Source of the DNA: Lytechinus pictus
Lineage: Eukaryota
Direction: 5' to 3'
DNA length: 64,000 nt
NCBI RefSeq assembly: GCF_037042905.1
Contig: NC_087252.1
Span: 18,726,001 to 18,790,000, forward strand
This document shows, one piece after another, positions 49,370 to 63,050 of the stretch. Every line of letters starts with the position of its first letter. Position 1 is the first letter of the stretch. The notes beneath the pieces are model-generated. The model saw only the letters and a program-made list of their open reading frames with translations. It did no database searches and was not told the origin of the DNA. The translations under genes were made by a program, and so were the position numbers.

Positions 49370-51766
49370 ATAAGAAGGTAAAATCTGCGCACATCGATTG
49401 CTGAATGTATGAATAGAGATCTGAGAAGTGAGACAGATATTCATAACAGTATAACATTCGGTGACCCATAATATGGCGTCAGTGCCCCCCCCCCCCATTG
49501 CCAGTTATAAAGAGAAAGGGGGAAATTGAAATATGGAGAAAAATATGACGATCGAGGCCCTAAGTATATCGACGTTACACCCAACCCACATTTCTTTTTT
49601 TTGGCAGGCCTAGTTAGTTCGTGAAATGGCCTACATCCAGTTATGGAAAAATATATACCCAGTTGTTGTGGGCCCGGACAGGTTGTGTGTCCGGACGATC
49701 AATTTTAGAAAGTCATTTGGAAAAATTTACAAGCGAAGTTTCATAAATTTTTAGTACAAAATGTTAGGAAATATTATAAAGAACAAACAAGAAAATGATT
49801 ACAACTATTGAATTTATATTTTTTGTGTAATCCAAAGACAAAAAAGAAGGCTTCAAAAATATAAAGTGTCCGGACACCCGACCCCCATCCTACTTTCAAA
49901 CTGAATGTCATTATTTACAGAACTTTATCCAATAATTAATTACAAGTTCATTACTATTTCCATAGGATCGCCAGTTTTCCAAAATTTGACACTGACATGC
50001 TGAGTTTTAGTTAGAGCTCGATTATCTTTGGGCAGGAGATGAGTTTATGTCCATAGGCCCATGCCCTGACAGAACACGAGAAAAGAGCACATGCATGGAA
50101 CAACCATGAAGCTATAACGAGAATCGTAATAGCTTCATGGAACAACACAAGTACAAACCAGTGGACTGAACTGTTCATGACCTTTTACTACTGTTTCCAT
50201 GTGCCATGCATATGCGCATGGTGCAGGGCAAATGTGTTTTTGACCTCCTTAGCCTTACGTAACCTGCAATGATTCTTCAACACAAATACACACATCCCTG
50301 CCTCGCACACACACAAACACACGTATCCAGGCCTACTGTGTACTATACTGCAAACACACATAGCCAAGGCGCATACTGTACTAGTCTATAAATTCAGACA
50401 CAGTTTACCCAAAGACGGTTTATATATCATTTTAGTGAGAAATCAATACATTTCCAAAACATAAACAGGATGCATAATCTTGGAATTTCCTTTGTAAAGG
50501 TTTCTTTATGTTGGTTTTATTTCCCTTTTTTCTCTTGATTCATCAGTATCATAGAACAAACAACTTTTTCATCATTCGATCTGAAACAATTATGAGGCGA
50601 GACTAAAACGCGGGAAGTCAGAGAAGAACCCAAAATATGTTTTTTTTTTTTTTTTTTCCAATTCTGTGCTAGTTGTATTCATTCTGAATTGAGTTTTATA
50701 AATTGTTCCCGTGTTATATCGGCAGTTAGAGAGCATATTTATGTGCAACAGCGTATCACATCGTGGTTCCACATATGTTTATTTTATATATTTTTTTTTT
50801 GAAATGGGGACGATCGGGTTTGTTTATCGAAGTCCCAGCCAAGGCAAAAGCAAGCTGCAAGGAAGGTAGGAAAACAGTGGTGTTGCATGTTGTGAATGTG
50901 CGGAACGTATACTGATCCTAATAGTAATATCGATATGCGATCGAGGCTTTTTAGATCTAAATTCTGCTCTGCCGTTCATTGTAATGTGATGCAAGAACAT
51001 CAGGTAAACGCAATGTATCAACGAGCTTTGTAAAAACTGACTGAAAACTCAATTGTGCAGCGGACTACATTATCGTTCTCGCGTAGCACACGCACGGCAG
51101 CAGCGGTGATGCGCACTGTGGTGACTGTGCGTTTCAAATCTCGGGTATCCCGGTCGAATTAATTCACACATAAAAGAGCATAATTTATCATGAATAACAC
51201 CATTTCATTTCATATCATTTACATCATGACTGTTTTAGGGCATACACATTCATATTATATACAAATTAATTAGAATGGTGACAGGCCGATTTCGAGGAAT
51301 TTACCAAAACTATCCACCCTCTTTAACGAAACATGCTTCACTATTTCTAATTCATTAAATATTTAATTTATTGCAGATTTGACAATAAAGAAACTCGTCA
51401 TCAAATAAAAAATTCAAAACGGACAATTCCATATGTGTAGTGATCAATCATTCTTTTACAGTGATAATGAAAATTCATATTTCATGATAGCCACATGCGA
51501 TTTTGTTGAAATATGCAGAATTTTTCATCTTTTACTACTTTTTTAACATATGTTCAAAGCTCGTAATATCATAATAATCCTAACAATATCCTAATAAAAG
51601 TCCAAACTACTACATCAATGAATTGTACAAAAGTATTTTATTGAATGGGATGCCTAATTTTCAAGAAGTGTCTATATGTATCTCGTTTTTCTTCTTGTGT
51701 CGATTCGTGGTCTATCGGGGATTCTGTATCGATTACTCGGTGTTGTTTTTTCATCTTAATCCCTAG

Positions 51767-51874
51767 ATCGTATATCCAAGGTGGAATTATGGAAACTCGT
51801 GCAATATTGCAAGAATAACCAGGAGAATCACAAACTGGAAGATGTTATAGGGATGTTGACTAATCATAAACAAG
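51767..51874 (+). CDS. Host receptor gene exon, N-terminal half of putative death-fold domain 1
   Basis: Acceptor TTTTTTCATCTTAATCCCTAG, donor AAG|GTAAAT, 108 bp, phase 1-1. Encodes DRISKVELWKLVQYCKNNQENHKLEDVIGMLTNHKQ. Confidence 0.72.
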
Positions 51875-51977
51875 GTAAATTTGGCATTTGGAATTCACTT
51901 ATTATAAATACTTTACATTAGATAAAACAAAATTATAGTTTGTCCACAATAAATTGTTAGTTGTCAAAGGTTCACAT

Positions 51978-52362
51978 TACACAGGTAACAATACAGCGTT
52001 GGACAAACGTTGAATCAACGTTGGCAGGCAACATTGCATCATCAATAGAAGTGCACGCGCATACATCGTTGTCTGGCAACGTTGATCCTTTGTTGGCTGA
52101 ATAGTGAAATACAAAGTTGCTACAACGTTGATAAGCAACGTTAAATCATTGATGGAAGTGCACGTGCATACATCGTCAGTCCAACAAAATTTACAACGTT
52201 GTACCAATTTTGTCTGGCAAAAATGCTTCAACGTTGTCTGTCAACAATATTCCAATGTTGGCTTAATCACAGCGTTGTACCAACGTTGAATTTTTTTTCC
52301 AACATTGCCTATACGTTGGCAGGCAACTTTGCATCACCAATAGAAGTGCACGCGCATACATC
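51978..52362. repeat. Element fragment rich in CAACGTTG repeats, with an internal ~49-bp direct repeat
   Basis: Many CAACGTT/AACGTTG motifs; 52018-52066 is repeated at 52314-52362. Confidence 0.6.
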
Positions 52363-52660
52363 ATTATAATAATCTAATTATAAAACAAAACCCAACCAAT
52401 ACATAGGCCTATAATTAGTTAACAAAAGTTGAAAATACAAAAAGGTAATATTTGCAGTACATTAATCTAAACGGCATGAATATTTAAGTTGGACACAATA
52501 CATACCCATGAATAAATGAAATACACAAAACATTAAGGTAATAATGAACCTTGAAGCGCATATTGGTTTTATTGATCTATGCAATATGTTTCAAAATCTG
52601 TTGGTAGGTCTTATAGTCAATTTAGCACGTACAATGCTGGTGTATTTTGTTTCAACATAG

Positions 52661-52837
52661 GTCTCAAAACACGCTACGGCTCAACAAGCAGTAATTTCCA
52701 GTTCACTGGACGTGAAGAAGATTATTTCGAATATCTCTGTATATGGAAAAGTGACTTCTCTGGTCGCTGGGAAAAAGAGGCGCTCTATATCGCGTGCTCG
52801 TACGCCAAAATGGAGACAAGTTTAAACGAGATCAAAG
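52661..52837 (+). CDS. Host receptor gene exon, C-terminal half of putative death-fold domain 1
   Basis: Acceptor TATTTTGTTTCAACATAG, donor AAG|GTATGA, 177 bp, phase 1-1. Encodes GLKTRYG...YFEYLCIWKSDFSGRWEKEALYIACSYAKMETSLNEIK. Confidence 0.75.
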
Positions 52838-53253
52838 GTATGAATATTCTGAATTAAAATTATAAGAACATTATTCTCATAATACTTATCTTGTGTAAAT
52901 GATATGTTACGCAAGGATCTGTAATTTTCATGCAATTTTAATATGAGGTAGGATAATAGTTGACTAGGGGCCTACTGAAATGTATTTGACAGGATGAATT
53001 ATGGCTGATTTGTGCGAAAACCTAATAATTTCTAATCAATTATAAGTTGGTCAAGTAGATAAGATCATTTTAGTCAACGCCAACAAAGTGAATCAAAAAG
53101 TCAACAACTGATTAAAATTAGGTTATCGAAAGTGCCCCACACCTTGCACAAGTAACCAAATTATGCCCATTGTTGTTCATTATGATCCCAGATTTAAGAT
53201 GTAACCTATCTGTTGTTGAATACGTTGACCATGGTTGGATACAGGTACCTTAA

Positions 53254-53971
53254 TCCTAAAAGGACTGGGGGGGGGGGCCATGATGGCCCCCCTCGACGCT
53301 TCGCGCGATATTTCCAAAAAGCAAAGAGATAGCGCCGCAAAATTTTATGACTTTTTATTTAAGTCTCGCGCAACTTTGAGACCAAATTCGCAACATACGG
53401 GTACCACCGCAACGTCACGTGACTTTTTACGATGCAATGACATTCCGAAAATGGCTCATTTTTATACTTTGTGTACAAAGTCTACGGGAGATGAAATTCA
53501 TAAAAGGGTGATTATTTTTTATTCTAATTGGTCTGCTGAATGAATTTAGGGTTTAATTTAGGTGTTAAATGGTCTGTAATAAACAATGAAAAAACAAAGA
53601 AATACATAAGAAAAAAAAAAAAAATACAAAAGGAAAAAAATGACTTTTGCAATTTTTCTTTGTGGAAACCTTTATATTAGATAAAAAAAGATAACATCTG
53701 CAAAAAAGAAGAAAATTTGAATTGAATTAGGGTGTTAAATATGCAAATAGTGTTTTTCATTAATAAATTTGCATATTTTATTCATAATAATAACAAAATA
53801 ACAATTTTCAGATTCTTTTTGTACAAGCTTGTAGTTTATGTGGTAAAGAATGTGCGTGCCAAATTTCGGCGGGATCACGCGAACGGCGGCCGAGATCAGA
53901 AGGGGGGGGGCATCATCGCCCCCCCCCCCCCCAGTCGTCAATACGTCTCAAATAGCCCAGTCCTTTTAGGG
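53254..53971 (+). mobile_element. piggyBac-like MITE (uninterrupted copy)
   Basis: TTAA at 53250-53253 and 53972-53975; TIR (T)CCTAAAAGGACTGGG / CCCAGTCCTTTTAGGG. Confidence 0.92.
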
Positions 53972-54309
53972 TTAAGTGATGTTCGTGTAAATTCCACTCC
54001 ACTTTACTACTGCTACACTATGCTACACCTACCCGAATATCAAGGTACAAAAACTCGCTCTGATACTCCCAGTGACAAATGTGGGACTTTATGGGGGGGG
54101 GGGGGGGTCAAACTCATGCAATAACACGACCTTAACAAACAATACAAAACTAATATTCTTACATTTCACAAGTTTCACTTCTCTTTCACGAGCTCGTGAC
54201 ATTTTCCTCACACGTATTGATTCACTGCCGATTTCCACCGCGCGTGCGCAATTTGCGTTTGCGATATTTTGGAATCGGCAGTGAATTTATACGTGTGAAG
54301 AAAATGTTA

Positions 54310-56187
54310 TGATATGGTACCGTAATCAATTCCTGAAAATATGAGCTCGAAATGAATACAAACAAGAAAGTTATGGCAATTTTTTCGAATTTTTGACTTT
54401 ACATTTCAATAAATATGAAGTTTTTGAAGGAAGGCTATTTCGGATTTGAATTAAGTTAACAAACTGTATGTGTTAAGTCAATGGGTTTTTTGGCGGAAGA
54501 CGATGAAGAAGAAGATTGCGGAATAGAAATACGGAACAACAACCATGCATTGTCGCCATTGTTGGCGTCAATGCTAAAAACTATAGATGATATACATTTT
54601 CAAAATATTAGAGGGCGCTATTTGTAAAAGGAATGTTCACTGATGCGTAAAACAAAGTTGGATTATGTGGAATGATACAATTGGCAAACCCTGAAAATAT
54701 GAGACCAAAATAAATAAAAACAAAGAAGTTATTACAATTTTACATTTTGAGACCTTTTAATAGAGGGCGCTATTTATTAAGGTAACAATCACTGATGCGT
54801 ATAAACAATTTAAAATATGAGGGACGATACTAAAGGCAAACCCTGAAAATATGAGACCAAACTGATTGAAAACAAAGAAGTTATGGCAATTTTACTATTT
54901 TCGACTTTTCAATAGAGGGCGCTATTTCTAGGGGTAATAGTCACTGATGCGTAACAAACCAGTGAATCATAAAGGATGTTACCATTAGCAAACCCTGAAC
55001 ATATTAAACCAAAATATATGAAAACAAGGGAAATATTGCCATTTTACTATTTTGCACTTTTCAATAGAGGGCGCTATTTATCTAAATAATAGTCACTGAT
55101 GCGTAAAAAAATAATTTATTAGTGAACATGTTACCATCATCAAAACCTGAAAATATACGACCGAAATGATTGAAAACAATAAAGTTATGGCCATTTTACT
55201 ATTTTCGGTTTTTCAAAAGAGGGGGCTATTTCTTAAAGGTAATGGTTACTGATGCGTACAAAACATATGGATTATGTGGAATGATGCAATAAGCATCCCC
55301 TGAAAATATGAGACCGAATTGAATGAAAACAAGGAACTTATGGCTATTTTAACATTTCTTTAGTTTGCAATATAGGGCGCTTTTTCTAAATATAATGGTC
55401 ACTGATGCGTAAAAAGAATATGGATTATGAGGGATGATATCATTAGCCAGCCCTGAAAATATAGGACCGAAATGAATGATGACAACAAAGTTATTGTCAT
55501 TTTACTATTGTTGACTTTGCATTAGAGGGCGCTATTTGTAAATTTAATGATCACTGATGCGTAAAAATCTGTTGAATTGTGAAGGATGATACCATTAGTG
55601 AATCATGAAAATAGGAGACGAAAATGAATAAAAACAAAGAAGTTATGGCCATTTTACGATTTTCCTAATTTGCATTCAATAAATATGAACATTTTGAACG
55701 TAGACTATCTTGGATTTGAATTTAGGGCAAAAAGACGGCATTTTGAAGTGCATGTCGTAGTTTGTATATGAAAAAGCAACTCTTAAACAATTTACTGCAT
55801 TTGTTAGAAGTCTGTAGCATGCAGGATAAGGGAGTTAGGATGGGATTAGGAATGGTATGCAAATGGACTTGAAATTTACAAAATGGCGCCTGGATGGTCA
55901 TGCATGAGTGATTTAGGAAAAAAGAAGACGCGGTGCACAACAAGGGATACTTGACAACATGTCTACTAAATTTGGATGAATGTAGATGAGGGACGGAGCC
56001 AGGGCAGAGCTTACAAAAACTACGTGTTAAACGAATGGGATTTTGTGGAAGAAGCAGACAGAAGAAGACGACGAAATAGGAATACGGAACAACAGAGCAT
56101 TGTCGCCTGTAGGCGTCAATGCAAAGACGACGGAATAGGAATACGGAACAACAATAGAGCATTGTCGGCTGTAGGCGTCAATGCAAA
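54310..56187 (-). mobile_element. Helentron-associated (HINE/DINE-like) non-autonomous element(s) with central ~152-bp tandem repeats
   Basis: About seven units anchored by AGAGGGCGCTATT..CACTGATGCGT..CCTGAAAATAT (54610-55670). Hairpins GCATTGTCGCC..GGCGTCAATGC at 54547, 56097 and 56159 lie beside GAA-rich microsatellite-like runs. Confidence 0.65.
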
Positions 56188-56189
56188 AA

Positions 56190-56468
56190 CAATATAGGTA
56201 TATTTACCCAGGGAAGCCACTTCAGTTCTAAAAACTGTTCTCCCAGCGGGCCCTGCTATTATTATTACCCCGGCTTTAGCTGGGCTGCCTAGGCGCTCAA
56301 GCATTCAAGGAATTTCTTCTACCGGGTACCCATTCACCTCACCTGGGTTGAGTGCAGCACAATGTGGATAAGTTTCTTGCTGAATGAAATTCCGCCATGG
56401 CTGGGATTCGAACCCACGGCCCTCTGTTTCAAAGTCAGAAGACTAATCCACTGGGCCACAACGCTCCA
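56190..56468 (-). mobile_element. tRNA-derived SINE, apparently full length
   Basis: Minus strand has A box TGGCCCAGTGG, B box GGTTCGAATCC, a CORE-like body and a tail AAATATACCTATATT. Confidence 0.88.
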
Positions 56469-56843
56469 CGAATGCGCAATGATTGTAGTACAGTTTCTAC
56501 GTTTGATTCTATTGACTATAATGTACAATCAATCTTAAGAATCGAGCGTATGGGGGCGCTCTTCGTACAACCATGAGGACAGACATATTCCCGACCTTTT
56601 GTTGGAAGAACGCGAACGCTTATTTACGACGTTAGTTGATTTTGGAAGAGACTTTTGGGCCCGTCGTCATGGTCTTAAAACTCTGTCATGCAATGCAAAT
56701 TGTGTGACATGAAATTTTTTTTTTCGTTTCAATTTGCGTTTCGTGTGCAAATTTCTGGTTGCTACTATGGTAACAGCGATATATCCGATTTAGGACGACT
56801 TTCCAAATCCACATTTGGTTCCTCCCAGAGCTCGAGAGGCCGC

Positions 56844-57142
56844 CCGGGGGGCCCACTTTCATTGAAGAGTGGATACCAGATGCAACAACGCGTAAAAGGG
56901 AAAGAGTGGGTAAGTACGTTACTTATAGGCCTATGTAACGTTATAAAGGTGTAAAAAACGATGATTAAAATACTAAAAAAAAGGGATATATTTCCAATAC
57001 TTGTAGGGTTTCACAAGCCAAATAATTGTAAAAAGATGCATTTTCATAATCTGGAAAAGACTTGCTTCCCTTGTTTAGGGTACTTTTCGAAACCTTATGG
57101 TCGTGCCTGGTATCCACTCATCAATGGAAGTGGTCCCCCCGG
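56844..57142. mobile_element. MITE with ~35-bp TIRs
   Basis: CCGGGGGGCCCACTTTCATTGAAGAGTGGATACCAG / CTGGTATCCACTCATCAATGGAAGTGGTCCCCCCGG. Confidence 0.8.
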
Positions 57143-60100
57143 AATTTGAATGTAACCCCCCATTTCTGGGGAAAGTAAAACATAATACCCTTTACATCGT
57201 GTGCTAGAGGCGTATCGTTTGTGTAGAAGGAGTGAACAAAAGAAACAAAAGAAACCCTTAGATTCAAACGTATTGCATACGCTGTGTACATATGCGAAAT
57301 GGGTTCGGCTGGAGAGGTGATCTGACCCATGGAATCAATTGCCAGTCATCCACCAATAATCCACATTAAATGCAATATCGATTCGATGGACTGTAATGAT
57401 CTATATCTAAGCCTAAATTTAGTAAGTTTTTCCTCACTCAATATGTACTCGATTTGTTTGAAAAACCACTTTCTTATCCATGTCATATTCTATTTTAGGT
57501 CCTGCATTTCGAATATCTCCAGCCATCAGTCGTAACACATGCATGTATGGCGCGCGGGTGTCGCGGGAAAGAATTTTGCACACGAAAAGCAGATCTGTAG
57601 GGCCTGTAACCCTCCTGTAACACAAATCTTAGCATTGATTTGTAGAGCAGTTTTCTACGTTTGATTCTATTGACCATAATGTACAATCAATCTTAAAAAT
57701 CTAGTGTATGATTAAGCGTCAACTTTTGTGTTAGGGGACCCTAATATTAGCGTCCGTGAGGATTGTGAAAGGTGGCATTTTCGTTCTGAGCCGAAATAAG
57801 GCAAAATCCACAGTAATAACTAAGGGGATCAAACCAGGACATATTGGACAGTGATTTATGACACTCTATAGTCTAAATTGAGAAGGAAAAGATAAAAAGT
57901 ATGGTCCATTAATTCATCACGTTTACACCAATTTTATATCTATTTCTTTTAATTCATGTTTCAAACTGTAGGAAAACAAATGGTTCGCTGTTCATGAACA
58001 TTTTGGTGTGAATATTCGCTTGTTTCATGGTTTGCGTTTGTTTTTTGCACTTTTGGCTTGGGCTGTTTTTTGTAATTTGAAGCCCTGAGCTGTGATATCT
58101 TGTGCACCAGCGTGCTCTTGTTTGTTAGCTTCGCAATTTTTGTTTTTCTCTTTTTGCTTGTTTTGTTTTTGTTTTTGTTTGTTTTTTGTTTTCTTCTAAT
58201 TATGTCAATTTTTCTTTCTACCACAGTTTACGATCTCATGCAGCTTCAAGATAATATTATACCCCAAAGAAACGTTTATTTCTATGTTGACAGTCATCTT
58301 GTTTCATGCAATCCTGTTATGCCCTTATTCTGTATTAAAGTTTATGGCGGTATTTATGTCTTTTTTATGATTGTCTTTTCTTTGGTTTTGCTTTTTAAGT
58401 GGAATTATGTACATGTATGTCCAAACAAAGTTTATAAAATGTTTTTCAATGCATTACTATTATCTTATACATGTACTGTATGAAAGTTCGCCGCTGCGTG
58501 CGTTTAATTAGGACACTAGTATTGGAATGCGATGCGTCCATGCGTACAATGATTCGCTGTCGCTACGTCAGGGTGAGCATTATTCGCGCCACGTAGGCAG
58601 AATGCTAAAAGCCGTGTACAGGAAAGGCCGTACGTGTGAGTGCAGGACAAGTGAGTCCAGTGCGTGGTGTAGTGGGAAGTGAGGTAAACAGGCTATGGAG
58701 ATTTTTTGTCAGAATCCAATGTTTTTCCGTTTATTGGCCGTCAGAACCAAGTCACTACAAGGACCACGCCAACGCTGTTCTGCAGGTTTTTTTTACACTA
58801 TGGTTTCGACGAGATAAACTCTCCTTCCTTGGTAAGCCTGTGATACTTGGCCGCCATTTGTGGAACCAGTTTTGTCTGCATGATTAATGACTGGATGAAA
58901 TCTTCCTCGGCACTGCGAGTGAGTTAATTCGACCACCCTTTGAAGACGTCGTAGCCCACGATGAGCTTGACAAGATCGACGTCATGCCAACAGCTTAAAA
59001 TTATATTAAATCATCCACAGACTGCTATCCTGTATGTATTCATCGCGAATGTGACTCTTTAATACTGCTGTTAGTCTATCAAGAATTGCATCATACTTCA
59101 AATAAATTGTATTTTATATTTTCTTTTCTATACAAAGAAATTGCAACAAATTCCAAAGGCCATATGTTTGAATCATTGTAATCTTTGTGAAACCAAATCT
59201 TTGTTTAAAGGTGAACCTTAATGTTTTATGGAACCATTGTTAATTATCGAGATTCGTTTGTTTGTTTGTCTTGATCAAATTTACCAGGCATAATCTAATA
59301 TTTCTCCAAAGAGTAATAAAGATGGTAATTGATTTTACCTAGTTCATAATCATTAAACAAATCTACAGACTTATTTAATACCTGTTTGTATTTCCCGAGA
59401 CTAGTGGTGACATACTGTATATTTTTATTGTACATATATTTTTTGTGTAATGCTTATTTGGTATCTTATGCTGCAGTATTTATGTTTTGGTGTTTTATAT
59501 GTTCTATTATTATTCTTATTATTGTTATTTATGTTTATTTTTGCTGCTTATTTTTTATTTCGTTATATGTATATTGATTCGATGATTGTAAACCTTTGGA
59601 AATCAATAAAACATATAAAAAAAACGAGCGTATGATTAATCTTTAACCATCGTATTACGGGACCCTAATGTCAGCGTTCTCGAGATTGGGAAAGTTCGTT
59701 CTCGTCACTATGAAGCCGTGTACGAAGTTTCATGAATTTTTTTTAGCAGAAGTAACACAAACCGTCCATGAAATAAACCCATATTTCACTTTTGTTAAAA
59801 CTTAGTTTTCCTCTGTCATAGACATTGTGTACACTTTGAGTGTATATGTTTTTAAATAAGTAACCCCGTTTTCAATGTGGTGAAACTCTTTTTTTTTTTT
59901 AATTTGTCTTTAGCAATATCATTTGGCAGTAATGTTTATCAACCTATGGGTAGAATTCAGTGCAAAAATGAAAATGAAAACGATGTGTTTATCCAGTGAT
60001 AGATGAGCACGCATCAACGGGAGAAAATGGCATTTTCAATGTCACAGACTCATTTTGAGGGGTTATAAAGTAAATAATGGGGGCAAATTCAGTTTTAAAT

Positions 60101-60727
60101 GTGACTTAATTGCTGTTGTTTTATCGTCCATCATTTTTATCACCACACACTATCCGAATTTTTTGCACTTTCATGGTAGAGAGAGAACACTTGAAAACTT
60201 ATATTGCATAAATTCATTCTTTTTTTCTAACAATTTCTTAGGAATTTATGGACAAAACAAAATCAGTAGTGGATACAACATGTCACTCTGACCTCTTTTC
60301 ATATATCCTGCATAAAAAAAAAGTAAAGCTTTTTTCATGTTCAAAAGATTTTCTGAAACTTGCTTTCTTGACAGGTTATGATTATTTTCCTACAATATGT
60401 ATCCCCAGTACTTTTTGGCATATAAGTTGATGACCTACTCATTAATGTTTAGTATTTGCTTGTGTGGGTGGATGTTGTTATGGGTGTGTGTATGTGTGTT
60501 TGTAATAGTTTTCCATTCTAGTTCAGCATTTTAACCTGATCATATAATTTCATTCTTTTTTTTTTCATTTTGTAGATTAGTACATACTGTAATTAATCAT
60601 GTAAAGAGTTAAATGGCCCCACTCACAAGCCTTGCTTTTAAAGGGGTCCTAAAACCAGTTCATCTATACTATAATATAACTGATACGTGTTTATGTACTA
60701 ATAAGCATTGTATGTATGGCTTATTAT

Positions 60728-60788
60728 AATCACTCGGGTCACGGGCGGGTTCGCAATCACTCGGGTCGCGTTCGAAATCACTCGGGTT
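60728..60788. repeat. Three copies of AATCACTCGGGT
   Basis: Direct repeats at ~60728, ~60756 and ~60776. Confidence 0.8.
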
Positions 60789-61499
60789 TTGGATTTTTGG
60801 CGATTTTTTTTATTTCGATGCGATTATTTTTTCTAACGGTGTCTTCAATGGGACAAACACGCTGGGAAAATAAAATGAAATTGAAATTCGAGTTTCGTTT
60901 TAAGCCGGCAAGTGCCTTAAATGAAATGCACTGGACTATTGTTTTAACATAACAAACAATCAAATTAGCCATGTGGCTCAACTAACTTAGAATAGATCCG
61001 GAATTCTACTGTGTTCTATACGAGGACTCCGAGTCGGAACTTGCCATATCTGCCACATCGATATTACATCGCATCATTCCCGTATGCGGACATGCCTGCA
61101 TGCAATGGCCCCAAAGCGGGACCCGGCCGCGGCAGGACACGACGTGCATCGGTAGCATGGAGCTAGCTAACGTGAGTCGAGCCGAGGTAGATCCAACGTA
61201 CCTTATACAGTGCCAGTCAGTCCGCAGCCCGTCCGAAAGTATTTTATTCAGCGGTATGCATAGCCATCGGGGATTTTATGCATATACGTATTTGTGATGA
61301 CAACAATATAATACTAATGATAATATTAATAACCCTTTTGTCTGCAGAGTAGCTATTTTAGCATCAAGTTTTTCTCCCAGTGTCTCTTCATAATATGACA
61401 TGTCAATTTGTATTATGCATAGGATTATTGGGAAAAAGACAAGGAAGTTATATTTTGTTTGCCTTTTTTTTCTATTTGCCTCTTCCTTTAGGATTAATT

Positions 61500-63050
61500 T
61501 TTTTTTAAAACATTTACATAATTTACAAAGGAATAACCTTTTTAAGAGTTAAATGATATACACATGTAATACTTACAACAATAATTACAACATTTAAATG
61601 AGTTTATTGACATCTAATACACGAAATTGTTTATATCCGTAATGATTCAAATAAAAATTCAGATATAAAACAGATTCCGCGATCAATCTCCTGTTGCTTT
61701 GATTTAATTGTCAAGGTTGCATTTTACATAAGGATTATAAAATATAAACTGTGCAACATTTATCGTCAAATGAATAAGATCAAATTTTGGGTTTTCTATT
61801 TTATATCCAATTAACAATGTTTCCATAGTTATAACTGTTTCTTCTTTGAATAAAATACATCATCCTGGATATAATTGTCCAATAAAATTTAATCTTTTTA
61901 CCAACAAACAGAAAATGACAAATGGTCTCGATTTAATTACAAATTTCATATTGATTTGTATTGACAAATTTCGGCTTGTACAAGTTATCTCTAGAAGTTG
62001 ATATTTTATATAACTGTCTGACATTGAATTGCTTAATTCTGCTATCTTTTATCTTTATAAATCTAAGATAAAGGACATCTTTCCAAACAAATTTTTTGGC
62101 AATCTTAGTTGTTTTCCTCAAATTTCCAAAGTAAAAAAAAAAAAATCTTTTTTAAGAACATTGAATAATATTTTTTCGCTTTGGTGCAAATCATATTAAT
62201 ACGTTTACCAAGTTGTTCTGGAGAGCCATTTTGTTTTTCTTTTATCATACTTATTTTTTTTCAAACCAATGAGCAGAACATTTTTTTAAAAATCTAATAG
62301 TAAATACTAAATTATCAACATTAAAACATCTATAAAAATAGATATCCTTCTATTTTTCTTTATTTACAACTTGTTTAACATATAATATAGCTTTTTTCCA
62401 TTCCTGAAAATTAGAAGGTTGTCCATTATTGTAATGTTACTATTATTCCATTAAATTTTATGATATATATTATCAACATTCTGTCCATTTAAATAACGTA
62501 GTTTAGCCCATGTACATAGAGAGTAGATATAAAACATTGGTAAACCTTTTTTCTAAAAAACAACTTTAACATGTGTTTTGGATGAAAATTTATTTTAAAA
62601 CAAAAAGACATTTCTTCTATGAAGCTTAACCAAAATGAGACAAGGGTTTTCAAGACTATATCATAATTATATAAAAATAAGGATTTATCCAAGACAAAAT
62701 GAGTGATTTTGAATTTGAATATAGATCGGCCATACCAAGATCACCTTCAGCTATCGGTCTGACAAAAATAGTACGTTGAACTTTCTTACGCTTTGAATTC
62801 CATAAAAAAGCAATATATTGTCTTATGTAAGCCCTTGCAAATATTTTGGCATTGGAATGACCGTACCAACATAAACGATTAGACGCGAACAATTAAACAT
62901 TTTGTAATAATAATTTTTCGATAACATGTATGCTGTCTCCCTTTCCATGTTTTTAATATGTTATTGGCCTTTTCAGTTTTCCTTTCTAATTTAGCTTTCG
63001 TATATGTCTTTATTTTTTCCCCACAAATATTCCTTAATAGCGTTATTAAC
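61500..63050 (-). mobile_element. Degraded L1/Tx1-like LINE 3' region
   Basis: FLWNSKRKKVQRTIFVRPIAEGDLGMAD resembles the post-RT F-x-W...GGLG motif of L1/Tx1. Residual cysteine/ET-x-x-H motif near 61920-61950. Confidence 0.7.

Noticed and set aside
51377..51410. Additional candidate acceptors for the receptor gene (also ~60242 and ~61348)
   Set aside because: They hit stop codons in the required phase or lack a matching donor.
58477..59134. Possible solo LTR (TGTATG...TATACA with AATAAA at 59101)
   Set aside because: No TSD, no second copy and uncertain boundaries, so support is insufficient.
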